From Callorhinchus milii (lineage: Eukaryota), in NCBI RefSeq assembly GCF_018977255.1, contig NW_024704742.1, positions 43,650,001 to 43,714,000 of the forward strand: a DNA stretch of 64,000 bases. Reading direction: 5' to 3'. The notes under the pieces are model-generated. The model did not search any database. It worked only from the letters and a program-made list of their open reading frames with translations, and had not been told where the DNA came from. How positions within the stretch are numbered: position 1 is the stretch's first letter; each line of letters begins with the position of its first letter. The translations under genes and the position numbers were made by a program. Positions 36,801 through 49,581 of the stretch are shown here, piece by piece.

Positions 36801-39800
36801 AAGAAATAGTGAATCTGGAGAGACTCAACTTAGGGCGTTGGCAACCCAGATGTGTGGTACCTTCAGCACAAGGCTTTCTGTAAATGTTGAGTAACACATC
36901 TGCCTTTGATTATTTTAGCCCAGATGTTTTTCCCTCCATAAACTATTAAGAGACGATTCTTCAAACATTGGTAAAATTAGAATTGATATTTTAGCAATTA
37001 TTATGTTATGTTTTCTTTCTGAATTCAGGAAGCCACATTTTGCCCTTCTTTCCTTAATTTCCCCAGGACCATTGTTGGAATCACATGTGAATTAACTCGT
37101 CCTTCCTCTATTACTATGTTTTGGTCAGCGGGGTACTTGGCACCTGAAAGCCATCACCACGAGTATCCAAACCAGATTGAGAGTTCTACAAATGCCAGCC
37201 ACATGTGGCAAAGTTCCCTGTGTCTGGAATGAATTACACACTTTCTCCCTGCACCTATTTCTGGAGGCGCAGGTTGGCACCAAAGGTTAGCGATCTCAGA
37301 ATGTGTGTTGGGGTATTGCTGGACTTTAACCAGCTAAAATCGCTTAGCATGCCATTGAGAACACTCCCTGGTAAGCTTCTCTCTCCTTGTACAGCTACGG
37401 CCACTCTACCCATAATTGGCTTTGCAGGGTTAACAGGAACTGAGTGGGAAAAATCCATACTCCAGTCTGCCCCTCCAAGTCCTGCTGATGAGCCAGACTT
37501 GCCAGTTTGTCATCAGGAATTGAACTACTGAGACCACCACAGATGATGGATTTCTGATATTCCATTAGAAGGCACAACACCTGGATCCATCTCAGTCCCA
37601 AGAAGACCCTGCTTCCACCATCACCACCCCCACCACCCCAAGAATAGTATTTGAATAGCAATCCTTATTTGCACAGTTGAAATTGTAGAAAAAAACAAAA
37701 AATCCATCTTATAGCCTGTTTACAAAAGAAGATCCATGAATGAACCACCACCTTAACTTTCAGATTCTGACAATCAGCAGGTTCATTCGACCAGACGTTA
37801 AAAGGAGTTGGGAATAATGCTACATGACCTTTTAACTCCTTCTCAATTACTGTAGAAAAGAAGAGTTTTCCCTTAGGATTAAGGTCAAACTTTTTTGCTA
37901 ATAATACAATTGAATTGTTTGCACCAATACATCTACAAGATATTGATTGCCGAAATGTATATGGAAGAGAAAGTACTGTGGTACCCAGATCAATATTAAC
38001 AACAATAAGGCACAGTGAAGACATCTGTGGAACATGCCTAATGATTTTACACAGATGCCTGGAATTCTGGACTACTTCTGAACCTCTGTGACCCATGTCT
38101 GCTTCTGCTTCCTCTCTTCATGTTACTATTTGCTGAGTTGTTTTCTGCTAATGAACCAACAGCCACAATGAAAAAGATGTATATATCATACAATAATGTT
38201 ATCACACCGTTTCAATTATTCCACCACGAACACTGAGTGGCATATTTAAGTTTATGTTGTTACCTTGGTCTTTAAATGCGAAATTGAAAAAAAATTAAGT
38301 CGAACAAAACAAATCAGAGGAAAATAAGTGAATGCAGTGTATGCACTGTATTACAACAGATCATATGCACAGCAAGGAATCACTTTAAACTCTCTCCTCA
38401 TATAGGATGGAGCACTCAATCCATGACTGTTTGTGGGACACTGCTGTGCACAATTGGCTGCCGCGTTTCGCCCACAAATTATACAGTCAATTCACTTTAC
38501 AGTATATTCTGTGAAGCACTTTGAGACGTCTTGATGACGTGATAAGAGCTATATCAAATGCAAGGATTATTATTATGAAATGATCAACTCTAAAGTAGCG
38601 CATCATCTTCCCTCTTTCCTTTTGAGGAAACAACCAGGGTATGAATGCGAGCACCACCCTGCAGAGGATAGAGCTGGGGAAATGCAGCACTTTAATCACA
38701 AGGAAATGGCAAATCTTCGATAAACTGAGTACAATCTTACCAGATTTAAATTTTGAAGTCTCAATTCCCAGAAAGATTGGAGCTGAACAGGAGATGACTG
38801 TTAGATGGGAACTCAATGTAAGTGTTTGCCTCTGGAGAGCCAGTGATCATGGAAATCACTTGGTGCGTCTCACTTGGTTGTGAATGATGTAGAGATGAAG
38901 GTTATGTGGATGAATGGGAAACCAAAGAAACCGCTGGACATCAAGGCTTTTATCATAAGACTGAATGTGGAATATTATAATCAGATTTGGTCTCCTAATT
39001 TCAAAGCGACATAAATTAATTAGTAATATTACAGAGAAGAGAAGAGCAACAAAGAGAAATTTCTACAATTTGATCATTTTAGAAGTCAGACTGGGGTAAT
39101 CAAAATGAAGAGTAAAAGCATACATAAATCATGCCTTTGAAATAAGACGGATAAAATTAAAGTTAATAAGTATGTTTAATTGAATAATTAATTTAAGATA
39201 GTATCCCCCTTGGCGAAAGGGGATGCTTTCAAAGCTAATAATGTATTTACTGAACATGAGATTGGAAAGATCTTCACGTGTGGATGTCATTGTGTGGCAT
39301 ACTCTGCCACTAATCTGCAGGACAATTCATATTTATTCAAAAGGAAACTCAAGAGGATGTCACTGCAGGAAAGGAAGGACCAAGGAGTGAGGAGCACAAC
39401 CGTAAATCTGGAGCAATATGGTCTTTAATGGGTTGAAGTTTGAGATATAAGGAACCAGAAAAAAAACATGGATTTTTTTTCGAGAACTGTTCCGTTGTGA
39501 TCAGAATGGTGGTATTCCTAAACTTATTCCATTCTTTATTTAAGGAAAGAATGGATTCTGTTTGGAATGATAAAATATATTTTGAAATAATCCATCCCCC
39601 AATATCGGAATAATGGGAGTTCCCAAGGCAATGAAAAGCCCTAGGTGTTGCTATCTTGGAGGTAACTTATCAAGCCTCACTAAAGATTTACATGGGCCTC
39701 CATTGCCATTTGCAAACACATGAACATTTCTCTGTGGGCTTATTCATCAAGTACCGCCCTAGTTCAGATAGAGTTAAGATCGTATCCCCTCAATAAACTT

Positions 39801-42800
39801 GCAAAGACTATTTTTAATATTTCAAAATTATCCCCAATCTGCAGAAATCCAAGATGATGTTATCCAGAGCCTTTGGATGCCACCTTGCTTCAAAAATTGG
39901 TAAAATGAAAGGAGGGGTACTTCAAACCACATTTCAAATAAAGAATGGAATGTGTTTAGGAAAACCACAATTTGAACCCAATAGTCTTTACAATTGTCAG
40001 TTGGGCTTTGATTCAAAACTGTACTGTAATTCATTCAGACTTTCTTGGGCAGCTTTTAGAAAACAGCATACCTGTCGCTGAGCAGTCAAAAGCAGTTAAA
40101 TCTATTAACTTCTTTCCTTGATGTTCAGGTGGGCCAGCACAGATAACATCAGAGACTGTGGCATTTGTGGTCTGCAACCAACCAATCAGCCACTTGGCTT
40201 TACAATCACACTGTAGGTCTGTTCCTCGTAAATCCCTATAAAGGAGACGGCAGTTAGAGAAAATGCTGAATAAATATTTATAAAAATTTTAATAGAATGT
40301 AAAATATGTGAAAATGATGTTATCCATTAATCTAAATAACAAATCTCCATCTGGTGGAGAATATGGACGCATGGCACAGGTCAGGTTTCAGGATAAGCAT
40401 GTTTTCCGGTACATAATGAAAATGAAAGAGCACTAGTTGGGAAAGCAGCAGGGTAATTTAGTGCTTCGCATCAGAAAAAGTGTCTTGGGAGGTAAAGTGC
40501 ATCCCCTGCAGGGAGCTCGGCTTCATGTCATGATGACCCATGAGAACTCACCTCCAACCCGCGATCGCATCATTTCCAGCTGTGAAAACCCTGCAGAAAA
40601 CCTAACACAGTTTTTCTGAGACACATTAGATTTTAGTTCAAATTACAAATGGGTTCAAACCACCCGATTTGATATTAGGCTTGCTGCACACTCCTCCTTC
40701 TGTGTATAACAACTGCACAATGCACAGCAAACAGTCATACTTATTGAGCATTGATCTTCCATGCAGTTTATCTCCAAGTAAAAGGCAAAATACTGCAGAT
40801 GCTGGAAATCTGAAATAAAAACAGAAGTCGCTGGGAACACTCAGCAGGTCAGGCAGCATCTATGGAGAGAGGAAAGTGAGTTAACATTTCAGGTCGATGA
40901 CCTTTTGTCAGAACTTATGCAAGGAATCAAACATCTCTAAGTAAGTTTGATTACAAGTAGCAGGAAGAGTTTTAGTTTGGTTTATGCTTATTTATTTGTG
41001 TTTATTCATGAAATGTAGTGTAAATGCTAATAACCAATTTATAATGGAAGTTCTTGCCAACCCTAATATGTGATAATTTGCCAGATTCGACTCATTGGGT
41101 GACTTTAGCTTGTTCTTGGCCAGAGTTCCACACGGAGCAAATCATTGTAGCAATTTCTAGAGGCAAATTGTCACAATCTTGAAAAAAAGGGCAAAAGTGG
41201 GAAGAATCAACACAGAGATGACTTACTGAGCCTTGCTGGGGATAACCTCCTTCTGGTTTCTTTAAACAGAATTACAATTTACAAACGTATCAAACAGAGA
41301 AAGAGTTTCATATTCGAAACCAACAATATCCAAATTTATCTTTCACTGCTAAAAAAGTAAGAAACTTACAGTTCAAGAAGAGAATCCAAATCACTGAAAG
41401 CATCCCTTGGTAATGATCTGATGTGACTGTTAGCCAGGGAACTGGAAATAAAACAATCATTTTTTTAAATAATCTCCTTTGATTTGAACCTCAGTTCTGA
41501 GAAAAAATATTGCCTCTTTCTGACGTATTTGTTTCTTTCTATTGAAAAACTAGTTTCACAAATATTTTATACTTATACACTTTGACAATTAATTGCATTA
41601 GGTACTTACAGATGGATCAAGTCTCTAAGACCTCGAAAAGCATATCTTGATATAGAATCAATTTTATTGTTTTCAATGAATCTGCAAAAGTGGGAACAAT
41701 CAGTACCTCAAATGGTTGAGTAATACATTTCTTACAAACACCGAGGAAAACATATTATCTTAAAAAATATGAAAACTAAAGTACTCACAAATACTCTAGA
41801 TGTGAAAGCCCAGCGAAGGCATCATCTTTTATTAACGTGAATGAGTTTGAATTCAGAAGGCTGCAAGAAAGAATCAATATCGATTTGCTTAGGGGTTATA
41901 ACTTTAAAGTTACATAAGAAACATCTCTGGATTGATGACTATTTAAAACGTATCTGCGTAACAATTATTTTGCAAATGCTGGAAAACTAATTTTTGAACT
42001 TTAATAATTCCCAGAGGGGAAAAAATCAGCTTCAATGGTGGACAGTAAATTCCAAAGGTTTCACAGGAAAGATATCAGCTAATTTCTGTAAGGGACAATG
42101 ATATTATCTTTGACTAAATTTATTTAATACACTTTAATGCAGCCTGATAAGGCTGGTAATATCAAGGTTGGCCAGCATGATACCACTTCATCTGGTAATG
42201 TAGAAGCCCTGACAGCCATGTGTGGCCTAAACAGCTATCCTGCTTGAACCTTAAAAATAAGTGCTTCCGATGCCTAAAATTCACACGATTGATATGATTA
42301 ATCAAATTGTTTTTTGCAAATGGACAATAGGTCCAAAATTCCACCTATTCTTCATCTTTAATCTTCATCCTGTCTTAAAATTGAAGAATGTACAAATTTA
42401 TAGAAAATTTATTAATTAATTCCTAATTTGGAAGCCCCGGTTGTTTTTAAGAACTATGGAAAATGGGCTGACAAAGATTTTTGACAATTCTGGACAATTT
42501 TACATGTTAAGCGCTTTGAGATATTATCCTACATGAAATGTGTCATTATAAATGTAGGTTCTTGTTGTTGTTGAATGCCAAGGCTAGATGGGGAGCACAT
42601 CAATCCACTCCAATATAATTCTAGTTGCAGTTATGGTCATGCTCTGATCACTGATGTTATGGAGTTCAGCTTGATAAGTCTGACATGCCTTGCATTGGGT
42701 ATCAGAGACTATATCAGTGAAAGTCTACCAATTCATACACTTCAATCACCAATTTGGTAAAGTAAAGTTAAAGGCAGAAGGCTTTTGACCTGATTGACAG

Positions 42801-45800
42801 ATTTTCCAAAGTGCAGGATGTAATTGATGGTATCCACAAAGCCACTAAACAATCTGTTAAGGCAACATTTTTTTTAGTGTAAAAAGGTATTAATCCACGA
42901 ATGTGTTCATTGTTAACATTAGCTGAGACAGATCCATTTTACACATTAATGCTCAATACTCGCCTAGGTCATCACCATAACTCATCATTCTGAAGTGCTA
43001 ATAGGTTCAAGAGCATTTGCTGGAAATAACCCTATTGATTGTATGGGATTGTGCATATCCTCTCAGTCTGTGTCTAATGACCACTTCATTAGGAGACCTA
43101 CATCTGCATTAAAGCAGGGTAATCTTTGCATTTGGCATCACACCTATAACATCCAAATGTCTCCAAGACGCTACCCCGCAGCATGAAGGACAGAGTATAA
43201 ATGCAAGTTGGTGGTGTTGTTGTCTCAAAGTGCTCTACAGGTAATTACAATCAAGTATAGTGATTGTGTATTTGTAGACAAATGTGCAGCAAAGTTGCAA
43301 TCAGCAATGTCCATAAAGAACCACAAAGTGAGGACTATTTTTCTTTAGACTTGTCTCATGATAAAATAAACTTTGTATCTGATACAGCGTCTTTCAAATA
43401 ATGAGAACATATCAAAGCGCTTGCTTCATAGGGTCTATTGCAAAGAAGAATGACTGTGTATTTTGTAGGAGAACACAGCATAGTGCCTTTCATATTGGGA
43501 GGATGTCTCAAAGTGTTTCACAGTGCTGGATGGGAACCCAAGCTGGGAGTGGGCAGAGAGGGGTCTGCAGACAGGCAGGTAGGACATAGAATAGTATCTC
43601 ATCTGAAGGACAGCACCTACTGCCAATAATGCAGAACTGCTCCAGTATTGCACTGGAGTGTCAACTTGAACTATGAGATCAAAGTCCCGGCATAAAGCTT
43701 GAACCTACAATCTTCTGATCAGAGTGCTACCAGCTGAGTATTCTGAAACAAATGTTAAGGTGCCTTGACTGTTCTCTCTGCACTTATCAATATAAAGCAG
43801 AACAATAATAATAATAATCCTTGCATTTGATATAGCATCTTTTCACGTCTTTGAGATGTCTTATATTTTACAGAATATACTGTAAAGTGAACAATGTGCA
43901 TAAATACAATGGGATGTAGGCTGTACAGTTTTGTTCGCCTGGAATAGAATACTGTGCTGTAAGCTACTTTGGTAGAGGATGGAAAAACTGGGCCAGCAGA
44001 TGCAATCCTCATTCCTGGCATTAATCCAGAGGATGTATTAGCTATGCAACATCACATGATAGCCAGATTTTTCTATGAGTATTTTTGTTGAGAAATGGTT
44101 CTCTTTGAACGGGAAGTCTGGGCTAGAGTAATGGCTTTCCCCCCAAATTTGCAAATTCAAAGAGACTTTCCATTAATTATAAAGAACAACATTTTCCACT
44201 TCTTCTTTTTCTTAGAATATTTGGAAGATGGAATGTTATCGAAAAATAGTTCAATTTGGCATATTGAATACAACTACGTGGTTAACAAAAGATCCAAAAT
44301 CCTTTTGCTTTTATATTTCAATGTTGCCCCTATAAAGTTGCCGAAAGCATAAAACAATGGATAAATTTGGGGAGCCATAGAGTAGTGCAGACCCACTTGG
44401 CTCAGGAACTGGAATATTGATCCCACCACAGAGGGTTGGCTCCATTCTGACATTCTGATGCCAACCATGCCACTTTGGAGAGACCCTATCTATCCCACTC
44501 CCCCCCTACCCCCCAGGAGGTCAGTCACAAACTGGGGGTTAAGCCCTCACTAGATGTATGGCAGGTAACAGGAAGGAGCTTCCTGGTGGGGCACACAGCT
44601 CAGCACGAAATGCGTGAGAGCAAAGCAACCATCTTCCTGCCCACAGCTCGGATACACATCCTTTCCCATTGAGCGATGGTTCCACCAGTTGGAGTTGCGG
44701 AGCTTGAATAGCAGCAGTTTACCTCTTTGCAAGCTAATTATGGTGGATTCCAAGTGCTAGAAGCACTGTATGTTCATAAATGTGGACTCCAGCTAATGCT
44801 TTCTAGCAGCTGTTGCCCCAAACCTTATCAGCCTTTTGATACCTTCAGCATGATGGGAGAAACAACAGCTTGCATTTATATAGTGCCCTTCACACATGGT
44901 AGCGTAAGGAGCACTTAACAGTGGCAGAGCTTGATGCTGAGCAGCAGAGGGGAGGTGACTGTAGGCATGGTCGGTGAGGAAGGTTTTCAGGTGTGATCTG
45001 AAGATGGGTAAGGAGGGAATAAGGTGGAGGGATTGAGGCAGAGAATTCTAGATTTTCAGTAAATAGAAACCTGGTTATTAGCCAATTGCCGGATCGCTTT
45101 TCTGGGGTTAATAATTCCTTTAAGAAAATAATAACGATAATAAATTGGTCACTTCAATCCACGACTGTTTGTGAGACACTGCTGTGTTCAGTAGGCTGCT
45201 GCGTTTTGCCCACAATAATATACAGTCAATTCACTTTACAGTATATTCTGCGAAGCGCTTTGAGATGTCTCGAAGATGTGATAAGGCGCTATATCAAATG
45301 CAAGGATTATTATTATATATTATATATATACATATATATATAAATGACTGAAATCCAACCACCAATGGTGGAGGGGAGAGGAGGAGGGATGTGCAGAAGG
45401 CCGGAGCCAGCTGAACAAAGGAAGAGGGTAGATGAGTGGGGTGTAAGCAGGTTTTACAGCTTTTACCTAGTTCAATCAGATACCATTTCTGCCCCATGTA
45501 TGAAAAACACTGACAATTTCATACTTTCCATTTGTATGTATGTTGTAGTCTATGTCTTAATGTTTTCAGTACCTGGCTGCTTAGGGGAAGAAACCAGCAA
45601 TTGTACAAATTCCCACTCCCCAAGGCTTCAATAATTTCCACCATTGTGGGTCAACTATCTGAGTCCAATAACTCCACCACCATTTCTTCTTCTGTGGGCA
45701 TGTTATATGCCAGTTTTCTTATGCAAGGATGAATGTATTAATGGTAATATTTGATATGTTTTTTATAAAATAAGATAATGTCTTCCTTTAGAGTTATTAA

Positions 45801-48800
45801 AATCCTATGTAAAATTTCCTATGAAAACGTTATCAACTGAACAATAGCAGGGAACTACAGTATATTAAAATGTTTCACTTGTCCATTCCCATTTCTTAAG
45901 GCTGTGCATATTCTTCTGCACCTACATACCCCAGCCTTCAGGTCATCTCCAGTGTGTTTACATGATCTGTGGTCTACTTCCCAGGCCCTTAGATGTCTTA
46001 GCTTGTGTTGAATGTCTTCTGTTGCAAAATGCAAAGCTCTGTTGGCAACCATCACATCTTTAAGCTCTATCCTTGTGAACCTACTTTTCATGCATGCTAG
46101 CTTTTTCCTCAAAATGTATTTACAACAGTTATAAAAACCCATATGTTATCTTTCTGTGCCTACCTATCCTATATCCGTTCAACCTCGTGAATCATGATAT
46201 AATAATGTGATTATATATACAAAAAAACTAGTTGGATACTTTGGACTAGTTGGGTAGCTCTTTCAAAGAGCTGGCACAGGCATGATGGGCAGAATAGTCT
46301 CCTTCTGTGCTGTAAGATTCTATGATTGTATGATATATATATACTGTATATCTATATCTCAAGCATTTGTGTACTCCATTTCTAATGGCAAGGGAATTTA
46401 CTTAAAATAAACATCAGGATTAAAACTATTACAAATGTCAACCTAAGCAGACGATAACCACTTGGAAGGTATGCGTTTTGAAGCCTTAATAAAAATTGTA
46501 TTCATTCTTGATAAAATTTTCATGCTCCAATCATTCAACAGTATATCATTTTTACTGGCCATTATTTCTAGCCCGTAGAATTGTTCAAGTTCGTAGTGAT
46601 GACATTATAAAGCATACAATTTTCCAACACTAAGTATCCTCTAATATTTTTCTACATTACTTTCTGGCCTGATCAGTTTTCCTCCAGGTTATTCCTTCTT
46701 ATCCCTCTCTTTTTAAATCTAATTGATGGAGTTTGGCTCAGTTGGTAGCATTTTGCGTTTGAAGGTTGTGGGTTCATATCCCACATTAGGATGTGAGCCC
46801 ATAATCTAGGTTGAAACTCAAGAGATGCCATCCTTTGGATGAGAGATTGAGCCTAAAATCCATCTGCCTGTTTTTCGTGGTTGACATTAAAGATCCCATT
46901 ACATAATTTAAAAAGAGAATTTCACCAACTGTCCTAGCCAAAAATATTCCACATCAATTAGTCATTTACCTCATGGCTGTTGTGGGAAGCTGCTCTCACA
47001 AATGATTGCGGCCAATCCCTACAAAAACAGTCATTACATAGGTCAGTAATTGCTTGCAAAGTGCTTTGAGATGGTCTGACATGATGAGAGGCTGTAAAAA
47101 GGTAAACATTTTTTTCTATCCCTCTCTGAAGATAATGGTTGAAGGTGGAATGTGATTTCAGGAACAGCAGCTTCCCCCAGGACTCGCTTAAGTGGCCAAT
47201 TACCATGTGTGATCATGGCCAATAAACATTGATAGGCAACAAGATTATGGGTATATCATGTCTGCAGAATATACAAACCCAGGTTATGAAATCACCCAAG
47301 CCTGACCATTCTTGCTCAGCATCCACACACGGGTACTTCCAGAAGAATAACGGTCAGGACCAGTAACCATGGTTAGTTCTATACGCCTACTTTAATCAGG
47401 AATTTTGAAACTAAGTGTGGAGCCCCACTGGCACCCCAGCACAGAATAAGCTTCAGATCTGGGACTTTATGCTTCACCATCTGATACAATAACCAATTGA
47501 GTTACAGGAACACTTGGAAAGTTCAATAGGTTTAGCTGATACTTTGTGTAGCATTAGATTGGCTGCAAACCACCTCCCGCATCGTAGAACGCTGACTGAA
47601 TAGATAATAGAGAAGTCAATTATCACAGATCATTGATTCCCCAGCCATTATTACCATCTTATATGCACAATACTCCTATAACGGTAATGGGAAGATTTGA
47701 CTCTTGCTATCGTCATCCACCATTGTTCAGAATTAGCATGGTCCATTTGTGTCTTCTATTAATTAAGTCTATATACAGTCAATTCACTTTACAGTATATT
47801 CTGTGAAGCGCTGTGACATCTCAAAGACGTGATAAGGCGCTGTATTAAATACAAGGATTATTATTATTATTATAGATAACTTTGTTTTACCAAAACATAA
47901 CTGTATTGAATACAATTGCCTTACGAAGAGGGGAGGGTGAGGGTAATACTCACAGAAGTTGCAAAAACGGTAAGTGCGAAAACATGCCTTCTGCCAATTC
48001 CCGATAGCTGGCATTTACCAAGCTCCTGGGGGCACAGTAAGTACAAATGAAAAGAATGCAATCGATTTTTCACCAGTATCAGGTTGACCTTGATACAACA
48101 GAAACTCTACCACAGTCTCTGGCAGTAAATATTGATTTTAAAATTATACAATAATAGAGTAAACCTACTGTGGAATCTCTATGATCTGTGTCCTATTGTA
48201 ATAAGTTACTGTGGCCTCTGCCTTTATAAAAGATTGCCTCCTACAATTATTTGTGCTGCACAGCTTTGGTCAATTGTGCCTGTCTTTGGCACTTCTGTTA
48301 TTTCCCTTTTCTTTGCAGTTAGTTTCCCACTGATCATGTCTTCTGCTTAACAGCAGTCACAGGACCTGCTAAGCTGCGTGCAGATTAACACAGAAATTCC
48401 GCCTTTTCACAAATAAAAAAAAAAGGAAACCTTGTGAAAACAGAGCGAGAAATGAAAACAGATCAGATAAATGAATTTGAGTGATAAACATTTCATGGCC
48501 AGTATAACATCACGCGGGTGTTGATGAGGAACCCCCCCCCCCACCCACCCACCCCCCCATCCCCCCCCCACTCTCTTCGTTTTGCTCCGTATTAATGTAA
48601 CCAAACTCGCAGCGACCATCACACAGCTCTTACCCAGTCATTTTGCACAAAAAGTCTAAAATAAACCCTGCCATCGAATTGCATTCTGTCAGAATAATGT
48701 TGCACATGATGGAACTAGTACGTGAGGGTGCAATGTGGAGCTACCAATCTGCTGCACGTCCAATAGGGTCTCGATTGCCTCCCTCCCAACCTTTCCCCCG

Positions 48801-49178
48801 ACTGCCTTACTATCACGATTTTTTTTTTGTGTAATAGTGTTGGAAAAAAAACATGATCCGCGATAATAGCATTTTTGCATCCTCGATTGCCTTTCCTATC
48901 CCCCCCCCACCCCAACCCCCCCCCAACCCCCCCCCACCCCACCCGTGTCTTTGTTTTATTTCATGCAGCGCTGGACTGGCTGGTCCTGGGGTTACTTACA
49001 GGGAGTTTATGTCACTGGGGATGGTCCTCGGGACTGATGAATATCCAACACATATAACAGTGTCCTTTGTGCAACTGCACGGAGACGGACATCTCGTTTT
49101 CCTGAGCTCAGCGCCCGGTAATAAGCCGATCCCGATGGCCGCACAGAGCAACAGAAAGTGGCCGTCCGAAGTGCGCAT
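30058..49178 (-). CDS. LGI2: Leucine-rich repeat LGI family member 2, complete (537 aa); exons 49000-49178, 47954-48025, 41789-41860, 41610-41681, 41370-41441, 40072-40235, 36149-36313, 30058-30875
   Basis: Signal peptide + LRRNT, four 72-bp LRR exons, LRRCT exon and EPTP/EAR repeats ending [10 protein letters not shown]. All introns are GT-AG with matching phases; total 1614 nt. Paralog call rests on sequence resemblance and adjacency to CCDC149. Confidence 0.95.
31645..31930 (-). mobile_element. tRNA-derived SINE, short variant
   Basis: Head GACTCCTGTAGCTCAGTGGTTAGAG...GGTTCGATTCCCGG plus body and tail. Confidence 0.85.
33508..33845 (+). mobile_element. Degenerate Deu-type SINE
   Basis: Head CTGGCTCACTTGGTAG...TCAGAAGGTTATGGGTTCAAG plus core. 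Confidence 0.6.
36149..36313 (-). CDS. LGI2: LGI2 exon 7 ([16 protein letters not shown]...FRSYDNIT)
   Basis: 165 bp, TGCAG/GTACGT; first EPTP repeat. Confidence 0.96.
38411..38576 (+). mobile_element. 3' half of the tRNA-derived SINE
   Basis: Body and (ATT)n tail. Confidence 0.8.
40072..40235 (-). CDS. LGI2: LGI2 exon 6 ([21 protein letters not shown]...[12 protein letters not shown]...FDCSAT)
   Basis: 164 bp, TTTATAG/GTATGC; CxC...W and C.GPP motifs of an LRR C-terminal cap. Confidence 0.95.
40779..40915 (-). mobile_element. Penelope-like repeat remnant carrying a degenerate minimal hammerhead ribozyme motif (40879-40915)
   Basis: Minus strand AGTT-CTGACAA-A-AGGTC-ATC-GACCT-GAAA-TGTT-AACT; two other partial copies in the window. 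Family assignment is inferred from the known link between minimal hammerheads and PLEs. Confidence 0.6.
41370..41441 (-). CDS. LGI2: LGI2 exon 5 ([24 protein letters not shown])
   Basis: 72-bp LRR exon, TTCCAG/GTAAGT. Confidence 0.96.
41610..41681 (-). CDS. LGI2: LGI2 exon 4 ([24 protein letters not shown])
   Basis: 72-bp LRR exon, TTGCAG/GTAAGT. Confidence 0.96.
41789..41860 (-). CDS. LGI2: LGI2 exon 3 ([24 protein letters not shown])
   Basis: 72-bp LRR exon, TTGCAG/GTGAGT. Confidence 0.96.
42775..43095 (+). pseudogene. PIF/Harbinger (HARBI1-like, DDE_Tnp_4) transposase fossil
   Basis: Ordered degenerate motifs [24 protein letters not shown] and [14 protein letters not shown], with stops and frameshifts. 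Confidence 0.7.
44863..45450. mobile_element. L2 3' fragment (minus) interrupted by a plus-strand SINE (about 45055-45316) and (TA)n
   Basis: L2 similarity stops near 45052 and resumes near 45345, collinear with 21117-21240. Confidence 0.7.
46730..47100 (+). mobile_element. Degenerate Deu-type SINE
   Basis: Head TTGGCTCAGTTGGTAGCA, core and tail. Confidence 0.6.
47954..48025 (-). CDS. LGI2: LGI2 exon 2 ([24 protein letters not shown])
   Basis: 72 bp, CCCCCAG acceptor, GTGAGT donor, phase 2/2. Confidence 0.94.
49000..49178 (-). CDS. LGI2: LGI2 exon 1 (signal peptide + [16 protein letters not shown]...[16 protein letters not shown]...DINSL)
   Basis: aaaATG start; donor CT|GTAAGT. Confidence 0.93.
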
Positions 49179-49520
49179 TTTGCCTGTGACACAGTCATGT
49201 GCGATCGGAAAATAAAGAAGGAGAGGGGGGGGGGGGGGGAAGGAAAAAAAAATTTTTTTTTGCAACCCAGCCCTGCGCTTTTGCTTTGCCTCCACCGCGC
49301 TACGCCGCTGCACTAAAAAAAAAAAAAGCGCTGACATCAGCGTTTAAACTGCAGCTCCCGGCTCCAATGAATTATTTATTCATCGCACTCCTGACTCCGG
49401 AGCGTTTGAAATATATATCCCGTTTCCGATGCGCTCCGGGTTCTCATCGCGCACTTGTGTCCACAAGCTTTGCTTTCGCCTCCGGCAGAAGGACTGCCCT
49501 TGGTTTCCATTCCAGGTTAT
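49179..49520 (-). promoter_or_regulatory. CpG-enriched LGI2 5'UTR/proximal promoter with a TATA-like TATATATTT near 49410
   Basis: Visible CpG enrichment over the CpG-poor background, directly upstream of the ATG. Confidence 0.55.
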
Positions 49521-49542
49521 AATAAACATTCTCACACACCCC

Positions 49543-49581
<39 letters not shown>

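Noticed and set aside
36480..37660. Several 70-110 aa ORFs and a TATAAAA motif in LGI2 intron 6 (possible LTR or nested gene)
   Set aside because: No recognisable domain, paired LTR, primer-binding site or splice structure.
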